Shown: positions 10,770-22,160, counted from the stretch's first letter. The stretch is DNA of 64,000 nucleotides from an uncultured Alphaproteobacteria bacterium (GCA_963761065.1 CAVXFP010000007.1:13209-77208); one strand, 5' to 3'. Notes: generated by a model from the sequence alone, not told the origin. Numbers and translations: made by a program.

Positions 10770-11958
10770 CCGATCCCGCCTCGCCGCACGGCGGGCGCCG
10801 GACCTCGGCCGCCCGGCCCTCGCCGTCTATGTGCATTGGCCCTACTGCGCGCGCATCTGCCCCTATTGCGACTTCAACGTCGCCCTGGCCAAGCGAGCCC
10901 GACGAGCCCGAGGCCCTGCTGGAGGCCATCCTGGCGGACCTGGACGGCCACCGCGAGACAGACCGGCCCGCGCGCGCTGGCCTCGGTGTTCCTGGGCGGG
11001 GGCACGCCGTCCCTGATGGCGCCGGAATGGGCCGCGCGGATCATCGAGCGGGCGCGAGACCCTGTGGCCGCCGGCCGGCCCCATCGAGGTGACGCTGGAG
11101 GCCAATCCCACGGACGCGGAGGCCGAACGCTTCGCCGGCTTCGCCTCGGCGGGCGTGAACCGGCTGTCGCTGGGGGTGCAGTCCCTGCATGACGAGGCCC
11201 TGGCCTTCCTGGGGCGCAACCACGACGCGGCGGAGGCCCGGCGGGCGGCCGAGCTGGCGCGCGGGCGCTTCGAGCGCCTGTCCATCGACCTGATCTACGC
11301 CCGCCCGGGCCAGACGCCGGCCGCATGGGCCGAGGAGCTGACCGCGGCGCTGGACCTCGGGCCCGAGCATGTCTCGGCCTATCAGCTCACCATCGAGCCG
11401 GGCACGCCTTTCGAGCGGGCGATCGCGCGTGGCCGCTGGAGCCCGCCGGACGAGGAGCTGGCCGCGGATCTGTACAAGACCACCCAGGCGTTCTGGGCGA
11501 GCACGGCTTCGACGCCTACGAGATCTCCAACCATGCGCGGGGGCCGCAGGCGCGTTCGGCTCACAATCTGATCTACTGGCGCGGCGGTGACTATGTGGGC
11601 GTCGGTCCCGGCGCCCATGGCCGCCTGTCCTCGGAGGCGGGCGCGCGGCTACGCGGGCGGCGGCGCGAGCCGGCGATTACATCCGCCGCGTGGAGAAGAC
11701 CGGTCTCGGCTGGACGGCCATGAAACGCTGAGCGCGCGCGAGGCGGCGCTCGAGCGGCTGTTGACCGGCCTGCGGACCGACGGAGGGCGTGGCGTTCGAC
11801 GATCTGTGAGCCGCTGGGCCTGCACGGCGAGCATCCGCAGGTGGCGCGTCTAGGGCGAAGCGGGGCTGCTGCGACCCTGGCCAGCCGCTTGGTCGGCCAC
11901 GGCAAAGGGGCGATTGGTGCTCGACCGCGTGATCGCCGAACTGGCCCAGGCGGCCTAG
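10766..11958 (+). pseudogene. hemW: radical SAM heme chaperone HemW / oxygen-independent coproporphyrinogen oxidase-like, multiple frame changes
   Basis: [16 protein letters not shown] (CxxxCxxC) is in ORF 10831..11016. GGGTPSLM is in ORF 10836..11192. LEANPTDAE...[17 protein letters not shown]...LIYARPGQT is in ORF 11089..11571. YEISNHARG...[21 protein letters not shown] is in ORF 11325..11723. The start is uncertain. Confidence 0.8.
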
Positions 11959-11968
11959 CGCACGATGG

Positions 11969-11990
11969 GGTCAGGCGGAATCGCCTGACC
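11969..11990 (+). terminator. hairpin after hemW (GGTCAGGCG-GAAT-CGCCTGACC), no clear U-tract
   Basis: A 9-bp perfect stem read directly from the sequence, 11 nt after the hemW stop. Confidence 0.35.
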
Positions 11991-12016
11991 GCTGAATCGT
12001 GCTCGATTCCTGAATT

Positions 12017-12068
12017 TAGAGCGCGTTCGGGCGGCGAAACCGCGCACACTTTCGCCTAACGCGCTCTA
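12017..12068 (-). terminator. long inverted repeat overlapping the kup stop (TAGAGCGCGTT ... AACGCGCTCTA)
   Basis: 11-bp arms at 12017-12027 and 12058-12068 with an internal GGCGAAA/TTTCGCC stem. Convergent gene ends. Confidence 0.3.
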
Positions 12069-14037
12069 GACGGTCATCTGAGCGCCCATCTCCACCACCC
12101 GGCCCGGCGGGATCTTGAAGAAGTCGGTGGGATTGGCGGCGTTGCGCATCAGGAAGATGAACAGCCGGTCCTGCCACAGGGGCATCCCCGAATGGGCCGA
12201 GGGCACCACCGAGCGGCGGCCGAGGAAGAAGGAGGTCGACATGATGTCGAACTTCAGCCCCTGGCGGCGCGCCTGGCCCAACGCCTTGGGCACGTTCGGG
12301 CTTTCCATGAAGCCGTAGTTCACCACCACGCGGGTGAAATCCTCGTTCAGCACCTTGATCTGGCAGCGGTCCTGCTCGGACACCCGGGGCGTCTCGGCGG
12401 TGCGCACGGTCAGGATCATGTTGTGCTCGTGCAGCACCTTGTTGTGCTTGAGATTGTGCATCAGCGCGACGGGCGCGACGTCCGGCTCCGAGGTCAGGAA
12501 GATCGGCGGTGCCGGAGGCCCGGTGCGGCTCGCGCGCCTTCAGCATCTGGCTGAGCTCGGCCAGGGGCACGCTGTCGCGCCGGGCCTTGTCGGCGAGCAG
12601 CGCCGCGCCCTTGTTCCAGGTCCACATCACCACCACCATGGCGAAGCCGAACGCCAACGGCACCCAGGCGCCGTCGGGAATCTTGAGCGCGTTGGCGGAG
12701 AAGAACGTCAGGTCCACCGCGCCCAGGGGAATGACCAGGCCCAGGGTCTGCAGCAGGCTCCACTTCCACAGCCGGCGCACCACCACCGCGGCCAGCAGGG
12801 TGTCCACGAACATCGAGCCGGTGACCGCGATGCCGTAGGCCGAGGCCAGACGGCTGGAGGTCTCGAACACCGCCAGCAGCACAAGCACGCCGACCATCAG
12901 GAAGGTGTTCACCGCCGGCACGAAGATCTGGCCGGCCTGGGTCTCTGAGGTTCTGCGGATATCGATGCGGGGCAACAGGCCGAGCTGAACCGCCTGCTGG
13001 GTCATGGAGAAGGCGCCGGTGATCACCGCCTGGCTGGCGATCACCGCCGCGGCGGTGGCCAAGGCCAGCACCGGCCAATAGGCGAAATCCGGCACCATCA
13101 GCCAGAAGGGATTGCGGTCGCCCAGCGGCGTGTGCAGCGCCAGGGCCCCCTGGCCCAGGTAGTTCAGCGCCAGGCTCGGGAACACCAGCGCCGAGCCAGG
13201 CCGAGCGGATCGGACCGCGCCCGAAGTGGCCCATGTCCGCATAGAGGGCTTCGGCGCCGGTCACCGCCAGGAACACGCTGCCCAGGATCACGAAGCCGAT
13301 CAGGCCGTTGCTCCACAGGAAGCGCACGCCATACATCGGATTGATCGCGCGCAGCACCGACCAGTCGTCCGACAGGTGCATGATCCCCAGCGCCGCCAGG
13401 GTCAGGAACCACACCAGGGTGATCGGCCCGAACAGCGAGGCGATCTGGTGCGTGCCGCGCGACTGGATCATGAACAGCGCCACCAGGATCACCGCCGACA
13501 TGGGCAGCACCCACGAATGCATGGACGCGCTGACGCCCGGCGCGTCCTTCAGGCCTTCGATGGCGCCCATCACCGAGATGGCCGGGGTGATCATGCCGTC
13601 GCCGAGGAACAGGGCCGCGCCGCAGATGCCCAGGAAGAAGGGAATCATCGCCTGCCGGCCGAGGGTTCTGCGCGCCAGGGCCATCAGGGCGAGCGTGCCG
13701 CCCTCGCCCTTGTTGTCGGCGCGCATCAGGAAGATGACGTACTTGATCGTGACGATCAGGGTCAGGGCCCAGAGCACCAGGGACACCACCCCGAGCACCG
13801 ACAGCTCCACGCTGGTCGTGCCCTTGGCGTGGTGCAGCGCCTCGCGCATGGCGTACAGCGGGCTGGTGCCGATGTCGCCGAACACCACGCCCACGGCGCC
13901 CAGCGCCAGGGTGAGCGAAGCTCTGGCCGTGGGCGTGGTCGCCGTTCTCGGGGGCACCGTCCGGGCCGCTCCCGTTGGGGGCCGCGACGTTCGAAGCATC
14001 GTGCGCGGCGCGCGCGTCGGAAGCTTCAGAAGGACAT
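12066..14037 (-). pseudogene. kup: KUP/HAK/KT potassium transporter, at least 3 frame changes
   Basis: [17 protein letters not shown] signature and TM segments lie in ORF 12494..13999(-). The middle is in ORF 12016..13242(-). The cytoplasmic C-terminus ([19 protein letters not shown]...) is in ORF 12066..12461(-). The His-rich N-terminus ([10 protein letters not shown]) is in the frame of ORF 13164..14567(-). The start at 14037 is inferred. Confidence 0.85.
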
Positions 14038-14306
14038 TCTAATTCCTTCCGCGCGTTGCGCGGCGCGATGCGATCCAGCCGGATCGGGCTTAACTCGCGA
14101 GCGTCTCGAACCGGGCGGTTCCGACCGTCGTCGCTCGATCCAGCGTCTAAGACGGTCGAAGAACGAGCCGAGGGCCTCGGCAGCGGGCGCGAATACGCCC
14201 TTTCGTCGGCCGGTTCAATCACCCTGGCAAGGAGACGGCCGCCCCCTTGCCGATCGGACGGCGGGCGGCCACAACACGGGCGAAACGCGAGGCGTGGAGG
14301 ACAAAA

Positions 14307-15134
14307 ATGGCGCAGAGCGACTACGATCTGCCGACCGGAACGCTGATGAAGGGCAAGAAGGGCCTGGTCATGGGCGTGGCCAACGACAAGTCCATCGCCT
14401 GGGGCATCGCCTGCCAGCTGGCCGCCCAGGGCGCCGAGATGGCCTTCTCCTATATGGGCGAGTCGCTGCTGCGGCGGGTGGAGCCGCTGGCGGAGTCCAT
14501 CGGCGTCCAAAGCTCTGATCGAATGCGACGTCACCTCCGACGCCTCGATGGACGCGGCCTTCGCCAAGCTGAAAGGCGCTCTATGGCGAGATCGACTTCC
14601 TCGTCCATTCGGTGGCCTTCGCCAACAAGAACGAACTGCAGGGCTCCTTCGTCGAGAACACCACGCGCGAGGGGTTCCTGCTGGCCATGAACATCTCGGC
14701 CTTCTCGTTCGTCGACAGCGCGCGGCGGGCGGCCGAGCTGATGCCGAACGGCGGCTCGATGATCACCATGACCTATCTCGGCTCCGAGCGGGTCATTCCC
14801 AACTACAACACCATGGGCGTGGCCAAGGCGGCGCTGGAGGCCTCCACCCGCTACATCGCCCGCGACCTGGGCCCGAAGGGCATGCGCGTCAACGCGATTT
14901 CGGCGGGCGCCATGCGCACCCTGTCCCTGGCCGGGATCACCGGCGGCCGCGCCCTGCATCGCCAAGGGCAAGGCGTTGTCGGCGATGAAGGAGGACACCT
15001 CCATGGAGGGGGTCGCCGGCTGCGCCCTGTGGCTGGTGTCCGACCTCGGCCGCTCCACCACCGGCGAAGTGGTGCACGTGGACGCGGGCTTCCACATGAT
15101 GGGCCTGTCCGAGGAGGAGGGCGCGGCGGACTAG
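14307..15134 (+). pseudogene. fabI: enoyl-ACP reductase FabI, at least 3 frame changes
   Basis: GGAGG-N6-[25 protein letters not shown] is in ORF 14247..14690. [11 protein letters not shown]...MGVAKAALEASTRYIARDLGPKGMRVNAISAG is in ORF 14612..15307. The C-terminus GEVVHVDAGFHMMG is in another frame and ends at TAG 15132-15134. Confidence 0.9.
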
Positions 15135-15143
15135 GCCGCGCCG

Positions 15144-15710
15144 CTAGGCCGGCTTGCGCTTCAGCGCCACATAGAACGCGCCGTCCCCGCCATGGCGCGG
15201 GTGGGCGCGGGCGACGCCGGCCACCACGCCGCGCAAAGCCGGTTCGGCCAGCCACTCAGGCGCGCGCCGGCGCAGCACCCCGTCGCCCGAGAGCCCCTTG
15301 CCGGTGATCACCAGGGCCGCGCGCAGGCCCTCCGTCTGGGCCCGTTGAAGGAACGCCAGCAGGGCGGCTCGGGCCCTGTCCTGATCCATGCCGTGCAGGT
15401 CGAGGCGCGCGCCGATGGGCTCGCGGCCGACGACGATGCGTCGCGCCCGGTTCGGCTCGATGCCCTGGGCGCCGGCCGTATGCGCCTGGCCGGGGACGGC
15501 GCCGGACGATCCGGCCATGGCGGCGCGCGCGCGCTGGCCCGCGCCGGCGGGGGCCGGGACCGTCTTGTGCGCCGCCTTGAGCGCGGCCTTGGGCATGATC
15601 TTGGGTGTGGCCTGAGGCGCGGCCGGAAGCTCGCGGCCCGCCAGGGGCCGCACGGTGCTCAGCACCGCCCGCCACAGCTTCTGCTCGTCGGCGTTCAGCG
15701 GCCGCTTCAT
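15144..15710 (-). CDS. Smr/MutS2-type small domain protein
   Basis: Intact 188-aa ORF. The C-terminal LDLHGMDQDRARAALLAFLQRAQTEGLRAALVITGKG is the Smr domain pattern. The start overlaps the mltA stop (ATGA). Confidence 0.75.
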   Translation of the reverse strand: MKRPLNADEQKLWRAVLSTVRPLAGRELPAAPQATPKIMPKAALKAAHKTVPAPAGAGQRARAAMAGSSGAVPGQAHTAGAQGIEPNRARRIVVGREPIGARLDLHGMDQDRARAALLAFLQRAQTEGLRAALVITGKGLSGDGVLRRRAPEWLAEPALRGVVAGVARAHPRHGGDGAFYVALKRKPA

Positions 15711-17135
15711 GGCGCGACGGGAACCAGACGATAGAGCGTCAGGCGGTGGCGCACGCGCCCCGCCTCGCGCCCGGCTTCGGCGCCTTGGCCCATGTAGAGG
15801 TCGGCGCGCACGGCGCCCTTGATGGCGCCGCCCACGTCAAGCGCGGCGGTCAGCCGCCGATAGCGCGGGAAGGCGCCCGCCAGGGCCGGCGCCTCGGCGT
15901 CGACCCACAAAAGCTCGCCCATCTTGTGGAAGGCGGGATCCACCGCCGTCGCCCGACCCGGCGGCAGGGAGACGCCCGCCGCGCCCTTGGGCCCCAGGCC
16001 GTCGTCAGGCAGGATCTTGAAGAACACATAGCGCGGGTTCTTGCGCATGACCGCGTCCGCCTCCGGCCCGCGATGGGCCGCGAGCCAGGCGCGGATGGCC
16101 TCGCTGGAGGAGTGGGCGTCGTCGATCAGCCCCGCCTCGCGCATCACCTTGGCCAGACCCACGAAGGGCAGGCCGTTGGTTCCCGCGTAGGCCGCCTTCA
16201 GCCGGCGGCCGTCCGGCAGGTCGAGCACGCCGGCGCCCTGAATCTGCATCAGGAACAGATCTTCGGGCTTCATCCAGGCCAATGCGTCTCCCGTCGGCCA
16301 GGCGTCGATCGCGGCGCGGTCGGGCTGAGCCGAGATCGGCGGCGGCGGGGCGACCGGAACGGGGGCGGGAACCGGTGCGGGCGCTGGCGGTGGCGCGGGC
16401 TGGGGCAGGGCGGCGGCTGGAGCTGGAACGGGCGCCGGAGGCGCTTCGGCCGGCTCGGGCCCGAGAAGCTGGGCCAGACCCGGCAGATCGTCGGACGGCG
16501 CGGCGTCCTGGGTCGGCTCGGACGCGGCGGGCGGTTCAACGGCCGGCGGCGCTTGCGGCGCAACGGGCGGGCTCTGGACCGGAGCGCTTTGGGCCGGTGG
16601 GCTTGGGATCTGCGAGCTTGGGGCGGGCGCGGCCGAGACCGCGCCGTCCGCGCCCATCACGTTGGCGATCAGGGCGTCCAACGCCTTGGGCGCGGGGCGC
16701 ACCGGACCGGTGAAGGGCGGCGTCTCGGTCTCGCGCGCCTCGTATTCCGGAGCGAAATAGGCGGTCAGCAGGCCCTCGCCCGCGATCCGCTCGGGCCGGA
16801 AGCCCGCCTCCAGGAACGCCCGCGCCGAGGCCTCGTCTGCTCGGCGGATCCGTGCGCAGCCGGGCGCAGTCGCGCGCCAGGGCGGGGTCCTTGGAGACGC
16901 GGCAGGCGGCGCGGATCGCCTCCAGGGCGGCGAGGTGGTCCTCATCCGCCCAGCCGGGCAGCTCCGACCAGCTCAGGAAGGCGTGCGGGACGGGGGGCCT
17001 GGGCGTCGGAGGGCCGCGTCTTGGTGCGGACGGGCGAGCGGGCGTGCGCCCGGTCGGGGCAAGGGGCAGGGGCTTGGTCGCGCAGGCGGCCAGGCCCGCG
17101 CCGAGCGCGGCGATCAGCCCCAGGCGCCTGAGCAT
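15707..17135 (-). pseudogene. mltA: murein transglycosylase A-like lipoprotein with a long Pro/Ala-rich insert, one frame change near 16850
   Basis: MLRRLGLIAALGAGLAACA lipobox and WSELPGWADEDHLAALEA lie in ORF 16536..17240(-). The rest (YFAPEYEA..., LFLMQIQGAG, VDPAFHKMGELLWVD, GGAIKGAVRADLYMG 3D-domain pattern) lies in ORF 15707..16945(-). Confidence 0.8.
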
Positions 17136-17164
17136 CGCACGCTGCGGACCCCCCACGCGCGCCA

Positions 17165-17789
17165 TCAGGCCTCTGCGGCGTCCACTCGGGTCAAGGTCCA
17201 GTTGGGGTCGGCGTTGGAGAGGTCGCGCGCGAAGGTCCACACCTCGGCGGTGCGCCGGTCGCTCTCGCTTTCACCGTCCGCGCTCTTCACCCGGCTGGTG
17301 AATTCGGCGAGGAAGCGGACCTTCACCGTCGCGGCGCTGTCCTTGACCTCGGCGCTGTCCACGTCCGCGCGAGGCGGGTGCTCGAAGGTGACGGACTCGG
17401 TGCGCCCCTCCGCCTCGCGCGCGGCCATGGCCTGTTCGAAGCCGGTCATCACCGCCGGCGAGATCAGGCCCCTCAGGGCGTCCCGGTCGCCCTTGGCGAA
17501 GGCGCAGACGATGGTCTCATAAGCGACCCGCGCACCCTTCAAGAAGGCCTCCGGGTCGAAGGCCGGATCCTTGGCCTTCACCGCCGCGAGGCCCGTGAGC
17601 TCCACCGCCGCGGCCGCCGCCTCGCCCTGGATCTGGGGCGCGCCGGGCTGGGCCGGAGGCGGTCACGGGGGCGGCCGTCTCGTCCGGCTGACGGCCGATC
17701 CTGCGGCCCATCACCGCATAGAGATTGAACAGCACCACAGCCGCCAACGCGCCGAAGATCAGAAGGACGAATAACTGCACGGTGCTCAT
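17165..17789 (-). pseudogene. Tim44-like domain membrane protein, one frame change near 17600-17650
   Basis: The N-terminal TM segment MSTVQLFVLLIFGALAAVVLFNLY is in ORF 17517..17987(-). The Tim44-like C-terminal domain (FDPEAFLKGARVAYETIVCAFAKGD...WTFARD) is in ORF 17165..17605(-). Confidence 0.7.
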
Positions 17790-17946
17790 TGTGATGTCCG
17801 GACCCAAGACGGCAATATAGGGCCCAGCCCCCTCCGGGCGCCAGCACCGCCGTTGCGCGCGCGCGCCGCCTCGTGTTAGCAGCGCGGCTTCCCGGGGCCG
17901 CGCGCTAGACGTCCGAAGGCCCGAATGGGCGCGGAGCCGCATCCCG

Positions 17947-18481
17947 ATGAGCAACACAGACCAAGGCGCAACGCCGCCGACCTCCAACGGCAGCGCGGAA
18001 CTCCCCGCCGCCCCCCTCAGGCATGCGCGTGCTGGCGCAGTTCATCCGCGACCTGTCGTTCGAGAACCCCAAGGCGCCGGATTCCCTGAGCAGCGACCGA
18101 GCAGCCCGCAGATGGATGTCGGGGTGGAGATGAACGCCCGCGGCCGGCCCGACGGCCTGTTCGAGGTGGATCTGAAGCTGACCGCCTCGGCCCCGCGGGA
18201 CGGACGCGCCGGTGTTCCACGGCGAGCTGGTCTATGGCGGCCTGTTCCAGCTGGCGGGGATTCCCGAGGCGGAGCTGGAGCCCTGGCTGATGATCGAGTG
18301 CCCGCGCTTCCTGTTCCCGTTCGCGCGGCACATCATGTCGGATATGTCGGCCGCAGGGCGGTTTCCCGCCGTTCCAGCTCGACCCGATCGATTTCGCGGC
18401 CATCTATGTGGCTCAGCGCGCCCAGATCGAACACGGCCCAAGGCCGGCCAGCGCGGGCCTCAGCCTTCGCCGACGCCGTAG
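17947..18481 (+). pseudogene. secB: protein-export chaperone SecB, several frame changes; 3' end uncertain
   Basis: [17 protein letters not shown] (a frame beside ORF 17947..18681), [24 protein letters not shown] (ORF 17947..), [18 protein letters not shown]...[16 protein letters not shown] (ORF 18212..18481). Confidence 0.75.
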
Positions 18482-19178
18482 AGCCGCCAGACGCCTTGTC
18501 CTTCAGCGCTCGTGCGCACAAGGTCGTCATGCGCCGCCCGTTCGGCGTCGGTCGGACCGGGGCGCGAGCGGCCGGGGCCGCGGGCCATAGGCCGTGCGCG
18601 CCGCCGCGGCCGGCCGCGGCGGCTTCGGCCTTCGGGGCGAGATCCAGGCCCCGCTCGCGCCCGCCGCGCAGCTCCAGATAGACCTGGGCCAGCAGGCGGC
18701 AGTCGATCAGGGCGCCGTGCTTTTCGCGCTCGGCCAGGGAGATCTTGAAGCGCCTGCACAGCGCGTCCAGCGAATTGTACATGCCCGGAAAACGCTTCTT
18801 GGCCATCACCAGGGTGTCGATCCAGCGCGGCTCCTCCAGAGCGTCGCGGTGGGCACGCGCTCCAGCTCGAAATTGATGAAGCCGCGGTCGAAGGGCGCGT
18901 TGTGGGCGATCAGCGCGGCGTCGGCGACGAAATCCAGGAACGCGTCGACAGACCTCTGGGCTCGGCGAAGGTCGGCTTGCCGTCAGCGAAGCCGGCGCAA
19001 TGCCGTGCACCTCCTCGGCGCCGGCCTCGATGTCGCGTTCGGGGTGGATTAGCGGTGGAAGGTGCGCCCGGTGGGGATGAAGTCCTCCAGCTCGACGCAG
19101 GCCAGTTCGATCAGCCGGTGGCCGGATCTTCGGATCGAGGCCGGTGGTCTCGGTGTCGAGAATGATCTCGCGGGCCAT
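18460..19178 (-). pseudogene. dnaQ: DNA polymerase III epsilon subunit (3'-5' exonuclease), several frame changes
   Basis: [16 protein letters not shown] (ExoI) and [36 protein letters not shown] (ExoIII) lie in ORF 18333..19178(-). The C-terminus ...[10 protein letters not shown] is in ORF 18460..18759(-). Confidence 0.85.
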
Positions 19179-19250
19179 TCAACGCGGTTTGCGGGGTTGC
19201 AACGCGGCGCGCTTCAGGAGTCCCGCTGAGGCCGCCAGCAGATCGGCGAG

Positions 19251-19832
19251 TCAGACCTCGTTCACCTGGGCCCGCGCCGCGTTCCAGACCCTGGCCGGTG
19301 TCGATCACGAAGTCGGCGCGGCGGCGTTTTTCGGCGTCGGGGATCTGGCGCGCCAGGATGGCGTCCAGCCTGTCCTCGCTCATGCCCGGACGTTCCAGCA
19401 CCCGTGCGCGTTGGACCTGCGGCGGGGCCGAGACCACCACCACCGCGTCGACTTCTGTTCGCCGCCGGTTTCGAACAGCAGCGGCATGTCGACCAGCACC
19501 AGCGACTTTGCGCCCGCGCCTTGCGGCCTGCGTCAGAAAAACGCCGCGCGGTCCTCGCCCACCAGGGGATGGACGATGCGCCTCCAGCCGCGTGCAGGGC
19601 TCGCGGATCGCCCAGCACCCGCTCGCCAGCGCGGTCGCGATCGACCGCGGCCGTCCTTCTCCGTCCCGGAAAGGCCGCCTCGATCAGCGGCACAGCCGCC
19701 GCCGCCGCATGGCGTAGAGGGCGTGAACCGTCGGCGTCGGCGTCATGCACCGGCACGCCCTCCGTCGGCGAACATGGCCGCGGTGGTGGACTTGCCCATG
19801 CCGATCGAGCCGGTCAGGCCGAGCACGATCAT
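19251..19832 (-). pseudogene. coaE: dephospho-CoA kinase, several frame changes
   Basis: MIVLGLTGSIGMGKSTTAAMF P-loop (ORF 19743..20039(-)), PVHDADA (ORF 19262..19756(-)), [23 protein letters not shown] (ORF 19111..19443(-)). The stop at 19251-19253 is inferred from ...ARAQVNEV plus TGA. Confidence 0.8.
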
Positions 19833-19864
19833 CGCGCGCGCGGCGTCCAGATCGGCCAGGGCGC

Positions 19865-20709
19865 TCACAGGGCGCGCACGTCGACCTCCGGCGGCGGCGG
19901 GCGGCCGAAGAAGGCCTCGAAGGAGGGGACGGCCTGGCCGATCAGCATGGCCAGCCCATCGACGGTGGGCAGGCCTCGCGCTCTGCGGCCGCGGCAACAG
20001 CGGCGTCTTCAGCGGCCGATAGACCATGTCCATCACCACCGGCGGCTCGGTGCGCGCGGCAAGATCGAAGTTGCGGTCGGCTGGCCGCCAAGGCCGAAGC
20101 TGGTGGCGTTGATCAGCAGCGTCCGCATCGTCCAGAGCGGCGCCGCATCGTCCAGCCGTGGGCGACTCGACGCGCGGACTCGAGCATCAGCTCCACCGCC
20201 TGCGGCTCGGCTCTGCCAGCGTGCGGTTGACGACGCTCGATGCGCGCCGCGCCGGCCGGCACAGCGCCGCGGCCGCGCCCCGGGCCGCGCCGCCCGCGCC
20301 GAGCAGCACCACCCGCGCGCCGAGTCAGATCGAATCCGGCGCCTCGCGCTTCAAGGCGCAACAGCAGGCCCTCGCCGTCGGTGTTGTCGGCTCGAATTGT
20401 TCCGTCCGGCTGCGAACAGCAGGAAGTTGGCGGCGCCGCAGGTCGTCGGCGCTCGGTCGGCGTCGTCGGCGCAGGCCAGAGCCTGTTCCTTGAACGGCAA
20501 GGTGACATTCAGGCCCACGACGACGCCGCCGCTCAGAGCCTTCGACAAGCCGCTTGAAGCCGTCGCCGGCAGGCGTGAAGGCCGATAGATCGCATCTATG
20601 CCCCGCCGCCTCGATCCAGGCGTTGTGGATCAGCGGGCTCAGGGAATGACGCACCGGCGCGCCGACCACGCCGGCGATGCGGGGTCTGGGCGGTGATCTG
20701 GCGGCTCAT
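19865..20709 (-). pseudogene. aroE: shikimate dehydrogenase, many frame changes
   Basis: GAPVRHSLSPLIHNAWIEAAG (ORF 20325..20669(-)), GLNVTLPFKEQAL (ORF 20351..20548(-)), RADNTDGEGLL (ORF 20113..20508(-)), [15 protein letters not shown] (ORF 19743..20039(-)). The ATG overlaps the maf stop. Confidence 0.8.
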
Positions 20710-21318
20710 ATCGGCAGGGCTCCGTGCCGGCGCAGCAGGTCGAGCAGGCCCAGCAGCGGCAGGCCGAGGATGGCGAAATAGTCGCCGTCGATCCGCGTGA
20801 ACAGCTGCGCGCCCTCGCCTTCCAGCTGGTAGCAGCCGACCGAGCCGAGCGCTGCGCCGCCGTGGCGTTCAAGGTAGCCTTCAAGAAAGGCGTCGGAGAA
20901 GGCCGCATGGTCAGGGTGGCGGTGGCGATTTCGCGCCAGATCGGCTGGCCTGTCCGCGCGCCACCACCACGGCCGAATGCAGGCTGTGGCTGCGGCCGCG
21001 CAGGGCCATGCAGCCGGGCGCGGGCCTCGTCCAGGCTTTCGGCCTTGTCGATGCAGCCGGCCTTCTAGGTCCAGCGTCTGGTCCGCGCCGATCACCAGGC
21101 CCTCGGCTTCGCGAGGACGAGCGCCACGGCCTTCAGCTCGGCCAGGGCGTCGGCGACCTCGCGCGGGCTGGCGCCCTCGCCCAGCAGGGTCAGCCTTGGC
21201 CGTCGCCTCGTCGACGCCCGGCGCCAGGGTCTCGGAACGCACACCCCGGCGCTGGTCAGCAGCGGCGGCGCGCGCCGCGCTGGTGGAGGCGAGCACCACC
21301 GGGGGGCGCGGCGGTCAT
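20706..21318 (-). pseudogene. maf: Maf-like nucleotide pyrophosphatase, many frame changes
   Basis: [14 protein letters not shown] and [13 protein letters not shown] lie in ORF 21092..22087(-). [12 protein letters not shown] and [39 protein letters not shown] lie in ORF 20706..21299(-). Confidence 0.8.
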
Positions 21319-22160
21319 GCGAGCACCTCGCCACCTGGCCCTGGCGGGCGCTGAGCAGATTGATGACCGCCGCGGCCGTCTCCTCCACCGAGCGGCGGGT
21401 GACGTCGATCACCGGCCAGTCATCCGCTCGAACAGACGCCGTGCGCGCGACGATCTCCTCGCGCACCGCCTCGTCGTCCACATAGGCGCTGTCGCGGTCC
21501 TCGTTCAGGCTGAGCAGGCGGTTGCGGCGGATCTGCACCAGGCGATCCGGCGAGACGGTGAGGCCCACCACCAGCGGCGTGTCAGGCTGTAGAGGGATTG
21601 CGGCGGCTCCTGCGCCCGGCGCGAGGGGCACATTGGCCGCCCTCACGCCGCGGTGGGCCAGGTAGATGGAGGTCGGGGTCTTGGAGGTGCGGCTGACGCC
21701 CACCAGCACGACATCGGCGCCGTCCAGGTCGTTCGCTGCCTGGCCGTCGTCGTGGGCCATGGCGTAGTTCAGGGCGTCGATGCGGTCGAAATAGTCGTAG
21801 TCCATGGCGTGCTGGGCGCCGACCCGCGAGGACAGGGCCGCGCCAAGGTAGCGGCCCAGGGCCGAGACCAGCGGATCGAGCGCGGCGATGCAGCTCATGT
21901 CCAGATCGCGGCAGCCTTGTCTCCAGCGCCGCGCGCAGCTCCGGATCCACGATGGTGTGCACCACCACCCCGGGGCGCCTTCGATCTCGGCCAGCACCCG
22001 ATCAAGCTGCCGGCGCGAACGCACCAGGGCGTAGATGTGCTCGATCGGCAGAACGTCGTCGAACCGGGCGCACACGGCCCGGGCCATGGCGTTCAGGGTC
22101 TCGCCGGTGGAGTCCGAAACCAGATGGACGTGGAAGTAGGTCGCGAGGCGAGGCGGTCAT
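21315..22160 (-). pseudogene. DUF299 kinase/phosphorylase (pyruvate,phosphate/water dikinase regulatory protein-like), several frame changes
   Basis: HVHLVSDSTGETLNAMARAV at the N-terminus needs a frame shift. VVLVGVSRTSKTPTSIYLAHRG P-loop and LVQIRRNRL lie in ORF 21092..22087(-). VVHTIVDPELRAAL lies in ORF 21582..21968(-). Confidence 0.8.
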
